From: Selaginella moellendorffii
Taxonomy: Eukaryota > Plantae > Lycopodiophyta
Length of the DNA: 64,000 nucleotides
Assembly (NCBI RefSeq): GCF_000143415.4
Contig: NW_003314300.1
Span: forward strand, 1,409,014 to 1,473,013
Reading direction: 5' to 3'
The notes under the pieces were generated by a model, which was not told where the DNA came from, ran no database searches, and saw only the letters and a list, made by a program, of their open reading frames with translations. Positions 23,690 to 34,708 of this stretch are shown one piece after another. Every line of letters starts with the position of its first letter. Position 1 is the stretch's first letter. A program made the translations under genes and the position numbers.

Positions 23690-24030
23690 TAGGGCTCTTC
23701 CTTTACCTTGAGGGTTCTTCCCTTAACTCTGTTTTTAGGGTTCTCCCAGGCGGATGCTCCGGCAATGGCCGCGGCATCCTGGACTAGAGCGCGATTGATC
23801 GCTGCCGGGAAGCTCGAAGGACAATGCAGGGAGGAAGAGCCTTGGCGAGGGAGCTCCAGGAGTTTCTCAAGCCAGGGATGAGCCGTTCGATGTGGATTCC
23901 TATCAGCACGTCTTGCAGCTGTGCACGCGGCTGCGCGCCATGGCCGAGCGATTCGTCGGAACGATCTCGTCTTCATGTTTGGCAATCCGGGGGATTCGAT
24001 GGCGCGATCATGCGTCTCCTCACCGCGATC
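23690..24030 (+). pseudogene. Deleted duplicate of the 5' end of the PPR gene at 34709
   Basis: Colinear blocks shared with 34644-35125 (gactagagcgcgattgatcgctgccgggaagctcgaag; ttcgatgtggattcctatcagcacgtcttgcagctgtgcacgcgg), with multiple deletions. Confidence 0.85.
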
Positions 24031-24343
24031 AAACGTCTTTAGCTGATTTGGTTCTGCCGCCATAGGAATGAACTTCAGCAGCAACTCCATTGTAAGTCCC
24101 AAAGGAGAGTCCGACGCTGCCGTAGCCACCAAGTCCGTCAAGGATATCAGAGCTTCATCGTATTGGTGCTGCCGGCGGAGATAGCTTGCCAGTATTTTCC
24201 CCACGCAAGGTAGAAGAAGCAAGACGAGGAGGATTTGGAGTTCTTGGCCAAGGTTTGTTCTAGCACGATTCTTTCGTTTGGGTCAAGCTTGTGTTCTTTG
24301 ATCGTAGATTCGTGAGATTTTTTATTCGAGAGATCCACAAACA

Positions 24344-25170
24344 ATGCAGTCGCTCCAAGACCGAGCGTCGGCGTTGAATGGAGTGAGTCAAGACGATGAT
24401 GCATTCGAGATTGATGAGATCAATCTCGACAAGAAGCTGGGACACGAGACCTTTGTCAAGCTCTCCACGAATTTTTACAGCAGGTGAGTGTCCTAAAATC
24501 TTCCTAGAGATTGAGCTCTTTCAAGACGAGAGATGGAGTTGTGCGAGCGATGAGCTCACCACTAGTTTTCTTATCAATTTGGAAAGTTCCTGCTAGCGAA
24601 AAGTCATAGTTATAGAGCTTTTAGAGCACACCAAGTTCCTAGCTTGACAAGAGGAAGTTCCTCTTTGACAATTTTGGTGGTGGATCCACAGGGTCTATGC
24701 CCATGATATCCAGAGAATGGGAGGCCCTCCATTATATTCTCGCCGCAAAGGTTTGCAATGCGTTCTTTTTCCTCCCTTTTCCTCGTTTATTTTCTTCTCT
24801 TGAGTCGTTCTCTTGTTCTTTCCTTCTCCGCTTCCTCTCTTTCTTTCATCTTCCTTGACTTTTCCATCGTTCTCATTTTGTTTTAGCATTTGAGTTTTTT
24901 TTTTAATTTTCTCACGACCAAACTTACAGGACATCCTGCTTTGATCGGCCGCCATGGACTGTATCCAGTGACCGAGCGAGAGCGGAAAGATGGATCAAGC
25001 ATATGATCGCAGCTCTCGACAGCGTGGAAGAAATCTGCGGATTCAAAGAAACGAATGCTCAAGTTTTTCTGGTAAAAACAATCTCCGTAGGTAGACCAAA
25101 GTATGTGATCCTTATGTTTTTTTTTCTTCCAGGCACACTGAGTTTTTTCCGTTGGCTAATCGCCGAGGAT
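24344..25170 (+). pseudogene. GLB3: Truncated (2-on-2) hemoglobin GLB3 pseudogene
   Basis: Spliced: MQSLQDRASALNGV..AFEIDE.NL..KLG.ETFVKLSTNFYSR/VYAHDIQRMGGPPLYSRRK/GHPALIGRH..; ~25-codon deletion in exon 2 and frameshifts in exon 3. Confidence 0.88.
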
Positions 25171-25428
25171 AAAGAACAGGTTTTCTTTATAAACTCGGGG
25201 CTAACGAGCCATTGTTTTACATCTGTTCTTCTCTACAGTAGAACACCGGGCACCGGGAATCAATGAATGAAGAAGTGATTTACTTGCCAAACGACAGGGA
25301 AAGTCGTGCCACTCGTGGGATTCAACTTCAGAGGAACTTGTGTTGAGGCCAGAGTTCAGAGGAACTTGCGTTGACGCCAGAGAAAGAGGGGCTCTCAGCA
25401 ACAGTGTTTTCGCGATCGTTCAACCAGT

Positions 25429-25767
25429 ATGGCGATCGACGAGCTCAAAGTTTCTTGCAGGAGGCCTCATATTGTAGCGGTGGCTCATCTCTCGCAGGGT
25501 CACATTAGTTCTCTCATTCACTTCTGCCTCAAGCTCGCTCACCACGGGATCCTGGTAACGTTCGTGACGATCCACGTCGACGGGCTTCTGGGAATGGGGC
25601 AAAGGAAAGATCCAGAGGTTCCAGAGCAGTGGAAGAACAACTTTAACTTCGAGCGCCTCGAGCTGGAGCTCCCGAAAGGGACGGGTGGATTTGCCAAGTT
25701 CTTCGCGATGATCGAAGAGCTCGGAGGCCCTTTCGAGGAGCTCCACTCTCGAGAAGAGATACCAAAG
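25429..25767 (+). pseudogene. Family-1 UDP-glycosyltransferase N-terminal fragment
   Basis: RPHIVAVAHLSQGHISSLIHFCLKLAHHGILVTFV; ends at a GTAAGT donor, with no PSPG box downstream. Confidence 0.8.
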
Positions 25768-25829
25768 GTAAGTTGTACTTGGCATCTTAATTAGGTTTCT
25801 ACATGAGGGGTTAAAAGTTTAGGGCATTC

Positions 25830-27167
25830 ATGGAGAGAGCAGAGGCTGCGAGGAAACGGCGGCGCGTAGCCGGGTATGATACAGGGGAATCCTGGCAGCA
25901 GATCAAGGCGCTAAATTGCAAGGATCTACTCAATCCCAACCAGGTGACCATAGTTCCTTGCATGGGCACTTGTAATCGAGGCTCTTTTCTTTTCGTGGGG
26001 TCACCGGACATGGATGAATTGCTGTGGCACTGCCTGTCTCTCGAACCCGGGCAAGAGCTTGTTGTTGTCGGTCCCAAGGGCACCGGCAAAAGCTGCCGGT
26101 TAAGGGCAATGGCTGCCGCGCTCTATGCGCGTGGTCCGGAGAAAAGTGTGATCGTTTGCGTGTGGAACTTGGAGAGGGCCAGCTCGCCGACTGTGTTGCT
26201 GCGATGGCTACTTGATGGGCTATGCTTTGCATACTCGGGCGCGGACGAGCACAAGCCGGTTCTCGAGGCTCTCGAGGCTCTCTGGAGGGTGGGCGTGAGC
26301 GTAGCGAGGCTTCAAGAGTTTCTCAGGGAGAGGGCAGCCGCTGGTGACGATTTTACATTCGTTGCTGACGGTGCGGAGGCTCTGGGTACTCGCGATTACA
26401 GGGGCATAAAAAAAGTGGACTGTAAAGAGATGAAAGATACCTTGTTGACGCTCGAAGCCATCGTTTCTCCTTACAAAATCGTGTGGGGCGTGTCCCCGGA
26501 AGCGCGCCAGGCAGAGGCTGCCGACTCGGAGCGAGTAGCGATCTATTGTGTTGGAGGTTTTACCAAGGTTTGGTCGTTTCTATACTTCTCGTGCTCGTCA
26601 ACTAAATCCCGGCTGCAGGAACAAAGAGAGGTGTTTCTTCGTCACTCCATGCTGGGAGCCGTCGTAACTGGTGATATGCAGCGGACCAAGGACATGGATT
26701 TGTTGGCTGGTTTCCATCCCCAGTTTCTGGATGAGCTGGATGGGGCTTGCATGGAGATAGCTCGGATCAAGCAGGCAGGCGGACGCAAATCAAGACTGTT
26801 GTGGGGCGACACCGTGAGACTTGCTCCACCAGTTGAGTTGGAGCCACATGAAGTCTCTTTACTTTTGAAAGATGAGGAAGATTGGCAGAGGGTGCTCCTG
26901 GAGTTTATCAACGGACGAACAATGTCTTTCATCCGCAGATCAGTGCGAGAAGTCGTCCGAATATTGGACAATGCAGAAGTTATATGCAACTTCCATCAGA
27001 AAACGCAAACGATAGATAAGGATCCAAGGTACTCCATATCAAAGCACGAGTTCTGCTCCTGTTTTGTGGAGCAGATCTACATGGAGGAGTTTCAAAAGGC
27101 ACGAAGCTGTCGTCAGCAGGAGCATGCAGCATGGTGGAATACGTGTGACTGGCCAACAAGATTTTAA
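25830..27167 (+). CDS. P-loop NTPase resembling Crinkler/CR-protein NTPase domains; probably 3'-truncated
   Basis: Walker A VVVGPKGTGKS and Walker B-like FTFVADG. Likely in-frame intron at 26568-26619. Sequence turns abruptly AT-rich after ~27200. Confidence 0.6.
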   Translation: MERAEAARKRRRVAGYDTGESWQQIKALNCKDLLNPNQVTIVPCMGTCNRGSFLFVGSPDMDELLWHCLSLEPGQELVVVGPKGTGKSCRLRAMAAALYARGPEKSVIVCVWNLERASSPTVLLRWLLDGLCFAYSGADEHKPVLEALEALWRVGVSVARLQEFLRERAAAGDDFTFVADGAEALGTRDYRGIKKVDCKEMKDTLLTLEAIVSPYKIVWGVSPEARQAEAADSERVAIYCVGGFTKVWSFLYFSCSSTKSRLQEQREVFLRHSMLGAVVTGDMQRTKDMDLLAGFHPQFLDELDGACMEIARIKQAGGRKSRLLWGDTVRLAPPVELEPHEVSLLLKDEEDWQRVLLEFINGRTMSFIRRSVREVVRILDNAEVICNFHQKTQTIDKDPRYSISKHEFCSCFVEQIYMEEFQKARSCRQQEHAAWWNTCDWPTRF

Positions 27168-28609
27168 GGCAAGAACTCTAGTGCATGATGGAGGAATGTA
27201 TTTGCTAGAAGAGCTTTTTAAAATAAATAGTGTAAGGTTTGTAAATACATATAAGTAATACATTAATTATAGTATTAAAGCATATGAATTATCCATTTGG
27301 GACTGAATTTAGTCCGTCCATTCTTGTATATAAATAGGGGTTTAAACCCCAATTATTCTTATATCCCTACATGTGTAAATTTAAAATTTTAAATACAACT
27401 TTCTAAACAGGTTTCCAAACAATTGTGAAACCACTCATTTGGGAATAAATGAAAAATAAATAATAATATAAATTGTTATATAAAATTTTAAATTTGCATT
27501 TGGAAAATTGAGAAAACAAATAACAAGCCAAAATAGATCCGCAAGGAAAACAGGTAGTACCAATAGAAAAGAGAACAAAATCCCTTAACAGCTGTTTAGG
27601 CTGAATCTAAACTTTTGAAAAAGTTAAAATTCATGATCTGCAAATGATACAATTAGATTATATTAAAAGGTTTTTGCCGGTAATAGCCAAAAACCAAAAT
27701 TCAAGTGGAAAACACCCATTCGAGAAAGAATGATGTTTATGTGAAATTGGATATAGTAATTTTTCTAAACTCTACTAATTTTTTAGCGTTCTATATTTAA
27801 AAATTGCTTTGAAAAATAGAAGAAAATTTTAAATTTTACTTTCTGTATAGTAAGATTTTTGGATAGAGACAAATATTATTTAGATTGAGTATTTCTTCAG
27901 TAACTATATTACTACCATTTTCTTGTGTAGCGGAAGAGCACTTCTGGTATGTAAAAATTTGAACACACTTGCGAGTTTATACCCTCTTGTATTTCCTCAA
28001 TTAGGCTGTTTTTGATGCCTTAGCTTACTTTGCTTTCTCTTTTGTCTTCAAACATGAAATATACTTATCATTAGTAAGAGATGCCCCATAAGGCAACCAA
28101 GACAAATTGTTATCACTCATGAGTTTTTGATTAATGCATGATAAACATTATCTATCACTATAGATGGCAAAACTATCTTCTCCTTCAATGATCAAGTTCT
28201 CAACATCTTCTCCCAAGCTCGTGGCAAAAAAAATGCCTTCAAGATGTCATTCTCACTATTGAGATTTGCATGCAAACAAATAAAAAAGGTGAGAGCTTTT
28301 TTTGGTATGTGATTAAAAGTATTTTCCACATTTCCAAAGGCCCCTGTGACATGGGACTCACTATCCATTGTTGTTAGATGCATAGGATATTATCTCAACT
28401 ACAAAGTTTTTTTTGGTAACATGGCCTCATTCATAGCTTTGCACGCACTTTTGTAGGAGTAGAAGAAGAATTGAATATGGGAGATTTAGGTGGGATTGTT
28501 TTCAAGTAGAAAGCATAAGTGTAATCTATGGACTTCTATTGCGAATGTGATTTCGGGTATCAAAAGTTACTTATTGGCCAGTCCTTACAGATATTCTTTT
28601 CTTATTGCC

Positions 28610-29146
28610 ATAGGGAAAGGGCCTATGAATAAGAGTGCACCCCTTTTTCTAATCGATTAAGAGTATTGGGATACTTGAGGTTAAGTGTCCTTGGGTTTGA
28701 ATAGTACTAAGCTGGGTGACTTCCTGGGAAGTCCAAACTCAGGAGCTTACATTTGGATTCAGAGGGGTCTTGAGTTCGACTCTGTTGGTTGGCTAAGGGA
28801 ATCACACCACATGTTGATTGACATCTGGCAAGGGTCTAATATGGCTTGACCTGAGGGGTAAGGTGTCAAAAGAGTAGGGCTCTCGAGAGAGTTGTGGCTC
28901 TCAACTTCTATTTGTGAAGGTGTGAACTTGCAATGAAGCGTGATAGATTGTAAGCAACCAAAGGGAATGATTCAAGAGATGATCTATAGGGGTTCAAATA
29001 TAGAGGGAAAAGGCCCATGAATAAGAGTGCACCTTTTTTTTTTCTAATCAGTTAAGGGTCTTGGGATACTTAGGGTTAAACATCCTTGGGTTTGAATAAT
29101 ATTGGGCTGGGTGATCTCTTGGGAAGTTCAAACTCAGGAGGTTACA
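28610..29146 (+). mobile_element. Cassandra-like TRIM with 5S rRNA-derived LTR segments
   Basis: Direct repeats end TTACA (28751 and 29146). Degenerate PBS TGGATTCAGAGG at 28754; ~110-bp internal region; PPT GAGGGGTAAGG + TG at 28864. 28680-28734 and 29075-29128 resemble the 5S rRNA internal control region. The left boundary is uncertain. Confidence 0.75.
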
Positions 29147-30200
29147 AGAAATTGGTGCTCTTGCTAGTGCCTTTGCAACTGCTGTTGGATACTTCCTCCT
29201 CAATCGAGTGGTGTTTCAATATTCTTGTCCAAAGCGGATTCTTTCGGATAATGGTCCCACATTTATGGCTGAGGCATTTCATGTTTTGACGTCTTGGTTG
29301 GGGATACACTACACTTTCACGAGTGCTTATCATCCACAATCAAACGGTTTGGTGGAATGACTCATTCGCACATTCAAAAGAATGATCGTGAAGTACGTGA
29401 ACTTTCAGCATTCAAATTGGGATGGTTATTTGCTATCTCTTCAGTATGTATATGTCACAAGGGTGCTATTGGTGCTTCACCATATAAACTTTTATATGGT
29501 TATGATCCACTATTATTAATGGAGTTGGGTTTACCTTCACAATTGCCATGAGCTGCCGATGTTAAGTCGTGGAATCAGTATTTAATGAGCATTCTTTCAT
29601 TTGTCCAAGCATAGTCTATTGAACACTTAGGCCGCGTACAAGTGGGACAACAACGACACTACAACTCCTATCATCATCCACCTGTGGAGTATAAAGTGGA
29701 TAATTTAGTGTTAGTTTGTTTTTCCCATCTTACGGTACGTGGTTTATCTAAGGGGTTCCTTGCTCAGTGGAAAGAACTATATTAGGTGTTATGGCAAGTT
29801 GGACCGTAAGTTTATGAAGTTTGGCATGATGTCCAGTAGGCCAAACCTCCAAAAATTGTGCATGTGCAACAATTGAAACACTTCATACAAAGGGATCAGG
29901 AACAACTAAGACTACATACAAATCCACTGATGCCTCCTCTTAACATTCCTCTAGATTTTAGCCCATTTACAAGAGAACCCTAATGGTCTTTCATTATTCC
30001 AAGAGGAGGGGATGATGTGAGGTCCAAGTGTATGGCTACAATGCCATATATTAATATTAGCATAGTGGGATTTTGGTAGCCGTTGGATTGGTTTCAATCT
30101 AGACCACTTGCTCTTATATATACACTAAGGTTTTTGGGCTAATTGATATAGATATTTTCTATATTCCTTTTATATATTCCAAGCACTCATAAAGCTAAAT
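29147..30200 (+). mobile_element. Degenerate Gypsy integrase end + PPT + 3' LTR
   Basis: ILSDNG and GASPYKLLYGYDP remnants; PPT aagaggagggga at 30001 followed by TG. Same family as 11500-18190 and ~59490-59630. Confidence 0.7.
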
Positions 30201-30981
30201 AAACATTATACAGAAATAATATGGAAAGAGATTTACCTCAACAACCAAATTTTATATAAACATCATTCTTACCCAAATAAGAGTTCTCCAATAGCTTATT
30301 CTTTGTTGTTCTCTTAATTGTTTTGCAACATTATATTTGAGAAATGACCCCATGTCCCATAAAGACTAAAACAACATTAAGAGTGCATTCTCAAAGAAAT
30401 TAATGAAATTACAAGCACGAACACATGAATGCCTGGTGTTGATATTGGGTCATTAGCCTCTTAGGAGACTCTATCACGAAACTTAGAGCCACCTATTACA
30501 CTCTGTGACATGCAAAACTATTATGGAACACTCCACCACTAAGATGACTTTAGTGCCAAAACAATGCTTGATTGCAATGTAACTCTAACTTGTAGATTCA
30601 AATGAAGTGTGAACATCTTCCAACTCATAGTCAGAATGTGTTACCCTGCCTCCTAGACGGGACAAATATGCTAGCCCATCTTTAAAAAAGTTCTAATTCT
30701 ACCATAGAGACTAAAAGAATGCTACAAACCTTCTCTAGATCTAGTGTTAGAAAGAAAATATATAATTCCCCTACACATGCCACATAAAATCACTTTCATT
30801 AAGGATGATTGAACTGAGCAGAGGAATGAAATACTACAAAATGTAGAGAATCCTTGTGGAATAAGAGGATGAGCCTCAAGAGTCGATGCAGCCGGCCTTC
30901 GAAGCAAGCACGACGTACATGGTGGATTTATGATGGATTTATGACGTATAATTTATTGATTGGTAAGGCTCTTTCTTTACA

Positions 30982-33900
30982 CCTCCTGTTAAACACCATC
31001 CTGATTCACTCTCTCTCCGCTTACCTGGCGATGACGTGGCATAGCCCTCTTTGTTTTATCTCCAGTGCACTCCCTCTCCCGTCCGTCGCCGCTGCGCACT
31101 CCCGCCCGCAGCTATCGCCTGCCTGCGGCTCCTGCCCGTCCGCTCGCCCTCACGGCTCCTGCCCGCACTCCCACCCGCCCCCGCACGTCCGCCCGCGCCC
31201 AGCGTGTGCCCTAAAATTACTTCCACGTGGCCACAGCCCCAACACTTAGCCAAATTTCAATCAGCGTGCCCTAGTCCACCCATTCACACCGGATGGTTGC
31301 CCCATAATTGACCTAAAAACGTTTCTGTTTCTTTTATGATCAAGCATGGCAGCAGCACATCAATTTCCAGAGGTAAGCAATCAATTCAATTTCATATTGA
31401 TTCAAGAAAATCATTTAGGATCCCCCATGGCTTGATGAGGTGCAAAAATTCCATGAAAAGGATTATTTTTGTGTAGATGATTTAGATTAGAATTTGTCTA
31501 AATCAAATGAAACTATAGCTCCTATTGTGTATATATTACAGAAGGATGTGAACAAATTTCTAGATGGTGAGAGGAGAAGGGGTGATGGAGTCGATTTTTC
31601 GCGATTTTCTAACAAAAATCGTGATCCTGGAGATTTGAAACGACCCAAAAACACAAGCTTTTTATCATTAATCAGGTATATCTTTTTAACAAAATATAAT
31701 TACTAACTTCTTGATATAGGTATTGGTATGAATATGGAAAACAAGATGCTCGTGAAACATCCTCTATTATGATTGCTGAATCTACACCAAAGTCAGGACA
31801 TGGAAGTAGACCGGGTCGAAGTTCTAATAAGCGGGGCTGCCTTTGCAATTTTTTGGTCAAACAGTTTTACAAATGGCCTGATTATGTTCAAATTACATAT
31901 TATCATAGAGAGCATTGTGATAAGAATGGGATTCCTTGTCATAGTCAACTTGATCCGACTGGAGGAAAGCCATTATTTCCTCAGAAGCTTTCAGCAGATA
32001 TTCGACATTGGGTGATTCATATGATTCAGCAGGATTTCACATCAAATCAGATTTATAATGAGCATATACAGATTGTGGGAAGGAACAAGTCAGCTGGTGA
32101 ACCTCCTCATCGAGATGATTTTCTAACTATGCAGGATATCAACAATTTGCATAGGAAGTATTCGCTTTCAACTTATCGATTACATGAGAATGACGCATAG
32201 AGTGTACGTATTTGGAAGAACACAAATCCCGAGAAAGTATTTTTCTATCAGGAAGGTGATCGAGGTAAATATTGTTTTACTATTGGGATCCAGACAACTT
32301 GGCAACTACAAAAGATGGTGAACTTTTCAAATAATAATTTATTGAGTCTTGATGCAACTTTTGGAACTAATCACTATAAGGTAAAATTTTCATTCAGTTT
32401 TAAGTAATTAATACTTAATAATTTACAGTTCCCGTTATACACCATGCTTGCTTTTGATTATCATGGAAATGGTATTCCAATTGCATGAGTTTTAACTTCT
32501 AGTGAAAAAGGAGAACATATGAAGAATTGGATGATAGCTCTTAAAAAGCGAGTTTTAGAACACATGCCAAATTGAAAACCATGGGTGATAATGATTGATG
32601 ATGCTGAAGCAGAGATTAATGCTATAAGGTAATTGATTTGATATGAAATAATTTAATTGTTTTCTTCTATATAGAGCTACATTTGATTATCAAATTCTAT
32701 TATGTATTTGGCATGTAAGGAGGAATTGGCTCAAATATATTATTCGTAAGGTGAAATCTTGGGATATTAGGATGGAAATATGGAAATGCCTCCAAAATAT
32801 TATGTATCATTCAATTCATGCAGCTTTTCATGATGATAATATTATGCGAGCTGAGATTAAACAACTTATTGAACATTTTGAGGTGAATTTTCAAAATGAA
32901 GTAGCCTTTATCAAGTATTTTCAAGATGAATGGAAGGACAAAGTTGGTAAGTGAATCAATAATTTAATTTTTATAATTTATTTTAATTTATATTTGATAG
33001 ATATGTGGGTTGTTGCTGCTCAAAATTTGCCTCATGCTAACAAGGAGATAAATAATTCGATTGAGGCATTCCATGCAAATATGAAAGCTATACTCTCGTC
33101 CGAAAAAAAACATGCTCGCAATCGAAGGATGGATTGGGCAATTCATCAACTTACTACTAAGGTTCATGTGAGGTACTGGTTTACTAGTTATTGCAAAGAT
33201 CATGGTTTTATCCGAAACCATGCATATGAAAAACTAATCGATAGTGCGATTGTTAAAGCAAGAAATATTAACAACTCTCAAGTAAAATTCGATAAGGACA
33301 ATACTCACAAATCCTATGTACAATCCTCTTGAGATCCAATTATATAGTATTTTGTTGTCAGAGGTGAAGGACACAGTGATTGGGCTTTTTTGACTTGGTG
33401 TAATTATCCGTGGGCAACCAAAGGAAACTTTTGCAAACATCAAGCAAAAGTTATCATGTTAAAACAAGGAGAAAAATTAATTGGACTACAACTAGTTATG
33501 AGGTTCAACCATCACAATCGTATGCAATCTTAGAACCTGGGCTAGATGATTTATTTTATCGTCATCAAGATTTTGAAGCACTTGACTTGGAAGCTATGAC
33601 AGAGGTAATTCACTTATAAATTAAAATTTTGAAATACTTATAAAAATTTGAGCAGGAAAACATCCATCAAGATGTTTATTATGAGCAAGAAATTCAGTTG
33701 GAGACTACATTAGAGGTAAACTAACATATTTTATATACTAATATATATGAATATTGAGCAGGAAGATATCCATCAAAATATACAGCATCAACAAGAAATT
33801 TAGCTAAGGACTATTATAGAGGTAATTTACACTAAGTAAATTTTAAATATTGATATGAACTTTAAACAGGAAGATATCACTCCATCAAAAGTTACAAAAG

Positions 33901-34643
33901 CAACATTACAACAAAAGATGATGGATATCTTACAAGATTTTCCTGATGAAAAAGTTTTTTTATCTATGGTTGACAACGATTTAGAAATGATATAGCAGAA
34001 GGTTGCAACTTTTAAAGCTAGGCCAGCATCTTGCAACAGAATTTCAACAGCGTGTTGATAGTTATAATACATCCTTGAAGCGAGCAAAACCTTTGGTGGA
34101 AAGAATTACAGGCAAAAGAAAAGCTTCGAGTAGTCCAGAAGTAACCCCTTTTACTAGGCAGAGGAAAACAAGAAAGAAAAGCTCTTTAAACGAAAAACTC
34201 AATCTTAGCAAAGAATAAATAAAAAAACAAACTCTTTATATACTTACATTGCATATATTTAAATTAGTGAGAAGATTTCATAAGTTTACCACTCCTAATG
34301 GTCATCCATGACACTCATTGGGCACGTAAAGCACGTAGAAAGGCGTCCACGCGCGCGCTGATTGAAATTTGGCTAAGTGTTGGGGCTGTGGCCACGTGGA
34401 AGTAATTTTAGGGCGCACGCTGGGCGCGGGCGGACGTGCGGGGGCGGGTGGGAGTGCGGGCGGGAGCCGTGAGGGCGAGCGGGCGGGCGGGAGCCGCGGG
34501 CGGGCGATAGCCGCGGGCGGGAGTGCGCAGCGGCGACGGACGGGAGAGGGAGTGCGCTGGAGATAAAACAAAAAGGAGGGCTGTGCCACGTCATCGCCAG
34601 GTAAGCGGAGAGAGAGTGAATCAGGATGGTGTTTAACGGGAGG
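30982..34643 (+). mobile_element. Mutator-like (MULE) DNA transposon with ~290-bp GC-rich TIRs and a decayed transposase
   Basis: TIRs at 30982-~31270 and ~34355-34643. TSD CTTTCTTTAC at 30971-30980 and 34644-34653. Transposase remnants KRGCLCNF..H, LDATFGTN..K/FPLYT..D.HGNGIP, MIDDAEAE, LCIWHVRRNW, NNSIEAFH, with several stops. Confidence 0.92.
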
Positions 34644-34708
34644 CTTTCTTTACCCTTACGGTTCTTCTTTTAACTCTGTTTTTAGGGTTCTTCCGCAGGG
34701 ATTATAGG

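Noticed and set aside
27200-28600. Helitron termini in AT-rich DNA
   Set aside because: Small palindromes exist (e.g. ggggtttaaacccc) but no convincing hairpin + CTRR end.
28680-28734. 5S rRNA gene
   Set aside because: Only the ~55-nt internal promoter part is present, degenerate and inside LTRs.
31051-34594. Pro/Arg/Gly-rich ORFs at both MULE ends
   Set aside because: Translations of the GC-rich TIRs.
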